From: Octopus sinensis
Taxonomy: Eukaryota
Assembly: GCF_006345805.1 (NCBI RefSeq)
Contig: NC_042997.1
Span: 211,296,001-211,360,000, forward strand
Direction: 5' to 3'
Length of the DNA: 64,000 bases
Shown here piece by piece: positions 62,581 through 64,000 of the stretch. The position numbers were made by a program, and so were the translations under genes. The notes under the pieces were generated by a model. The model was not told the origin of the DNA, did no database searches, and saw only the letters and a program-made list of their open reading frames with translations. Position 1 is the first letter of the stretch. The number at the start of each line of letters is the position of its first letter.

Positions 62581-63558
62581 GGCTGGGTGCCCTTCATAAC
62601 ATCAACCACTCCATCGAGTGGGCTTAGTACTTTTTATGTGGCACCAACACAAGTGAGGTCAGTTTTGGCATGGTATTTACAGCTGGATGCCCTTCCGAAT
62701 GCTAATCACTTTACAGTGTGGACTGGATGCTTTTTAAGTGGCACCTGCACTGACAGGGTCACCAAGTAACTTGCAAGACAAGAATCCTGTGAGAAGGGAG
62801 GGAGCATTGGAGTAGGGGATCTTGTGTCAAATGATGAAAGGTTATAGTGAGACAGAGAGACAGAAAGAGGTGTTTTGCTGTGGAGGAAGTACATGGCTAC
62901 TCAGTCAGAGGGAGAGAGGGAGAGATAGTGAAAGTGCAAGAGAGAGAGTAGGAGAGAGGTGGTGGCAAAGAGCCAGGGAATTTTCACAAGGAATGGGGAT
63001 CAGAATATTAACAGGATGGTTGAGAAGAGCAAAGGACAGATAGATGGTGGCAAAATGCCAGGGCATACCCTCAGGTATGGGGGCCAGAATATAAATGGTA
63101 GGGTATTGCCAAGGTGCATGGGTAGGAAGTAGAGACAACACATGAATGCAAAGAGTGTGGGGGTGGAGAATGGAATGAACCTGGGCATAAGGAGGGGGTG
63201 AGGAACAACAGGATAGCAATGATACAGTGAGCAGGGCAGTGAGGACAGGATTAGGGAGCTAGAGCTAAGCATAAGCATAGTGCATGAAGAAGAGGAAATG
63301 TGAGGAAGAGGAGAGGAGATGCAGTTTGGTTTCTTGGGGTAGGGTGTGCGAAAAGGTTTATTGTTGAAGGTGGCTGACACATATAAGGCATCCAATCCAC
63401 TCTGTAGAGTGGTTGGCATTAAGAAGGGCATCCAGGTGTAGAAACCAAGCCGAAATCAGACTGGAACCTGGTACAGCTCTCCAGTTTACCAGTCCAGTCA
63501 AACTGTCTGACCCATGCCAGCCTGGAAAATGGACGTTAAATGAAGATGATGAAGTTGA

Positions 63559-63603
<45 letters not shown>

Positions 63604-63763
63604 GTTGGAATTTACAAAAAAAAAAAACAACCAAAGACGAAGACTGGTGTGTAAACAATAAACAGATGTATTAGTTTAATGCTTGGGAAGTGAGAAAGTC
63701 TTTTACGTTTGAGCCTACGCTCTTCAACAGAAAGGAACACAGAAAGAAACAGGGAGAGAAAAT

Positions 63764-63842
<79 letters not shown>

Positions 63843-64000
63843 TATTAATCAATGGTTACAGTATCACATATCTATTATGACCAATCTCACCAAATGGCTT
63901 TGCATTAGGAGTTAAGTAACAGTCTGATTATGTAACCCTGCTGCACTCATCAGAGGTGGCCATTATGGAATGAAATATGGCAATTGCTCTCTATTGTTTG

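Larger units (their letters stand above)
1470..63560. mobile_element. Family-level call: about 40 short 5'-truncated RTE 3'-end copies with (GAT)n tails, in both orientations
   Basis: Shared core ggcgttaggaagggcatccagctgtagaaac...aacccatgc(t/c)agcatggaaaacggacgttaaacgatgatg. Examples start near 3360, 4330, 6140, 7205, 7622, 7810, 12100, 14490, 14800, 16110, 16500, 17840, 19910, 29655, 31130, 35000, 40850, 41220, 46200, 47100, 47510, 51720, 52055, 57290 and 63380. The same sequence ends the long RTE copy at 34578. Confidence 0.85.

Noticed and set aside
1470-63560. Strand bias of RTE tails relative to the host gene
   Set aside because: A rough count gives about equal numbers in each orientation.

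Overview
Eukaryotic, repeat-dense genomic DNA. An octopod cephalopod (Octopus) origin is inferred from recalled SINE families plus the RTE and Dong/R4 LINE content; the species cannot be fixed from sequence alone. The window lies inside one large minus-strand gene. I traced 22 GT-AG exons (60544 down to 2016, 2299 nt, about 766 codons) that splice in consistent phases without stops. They encode a long coiled coil whose C-terminal part resembles the ANKRD26/CCDC144 family; the 5' end lies beyond the window and the terminal exon is uncertain. Introns hold decayed RTE LINEs (with a PHD finger inside the ORF), about 40 RTE 3'-end fragments, a Dong/R4 3' end, a Tc1 transposon, TTAA-flanked piggyBac-type MITEs, several tRNA-derived SINE families and mini/microsatellites. 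Least expected signal: five unrelated short elements carry Penelope-type minimal hammerhead ribozyme cores, four of them as head-to-head inverted pairs. One of these has a tRNA-like head and a 13-bp TSD. A 139-bp tandem array also copies the 5' splice site of one exon six extra times. All calls are by eye; no folding, alignment or database search was run.
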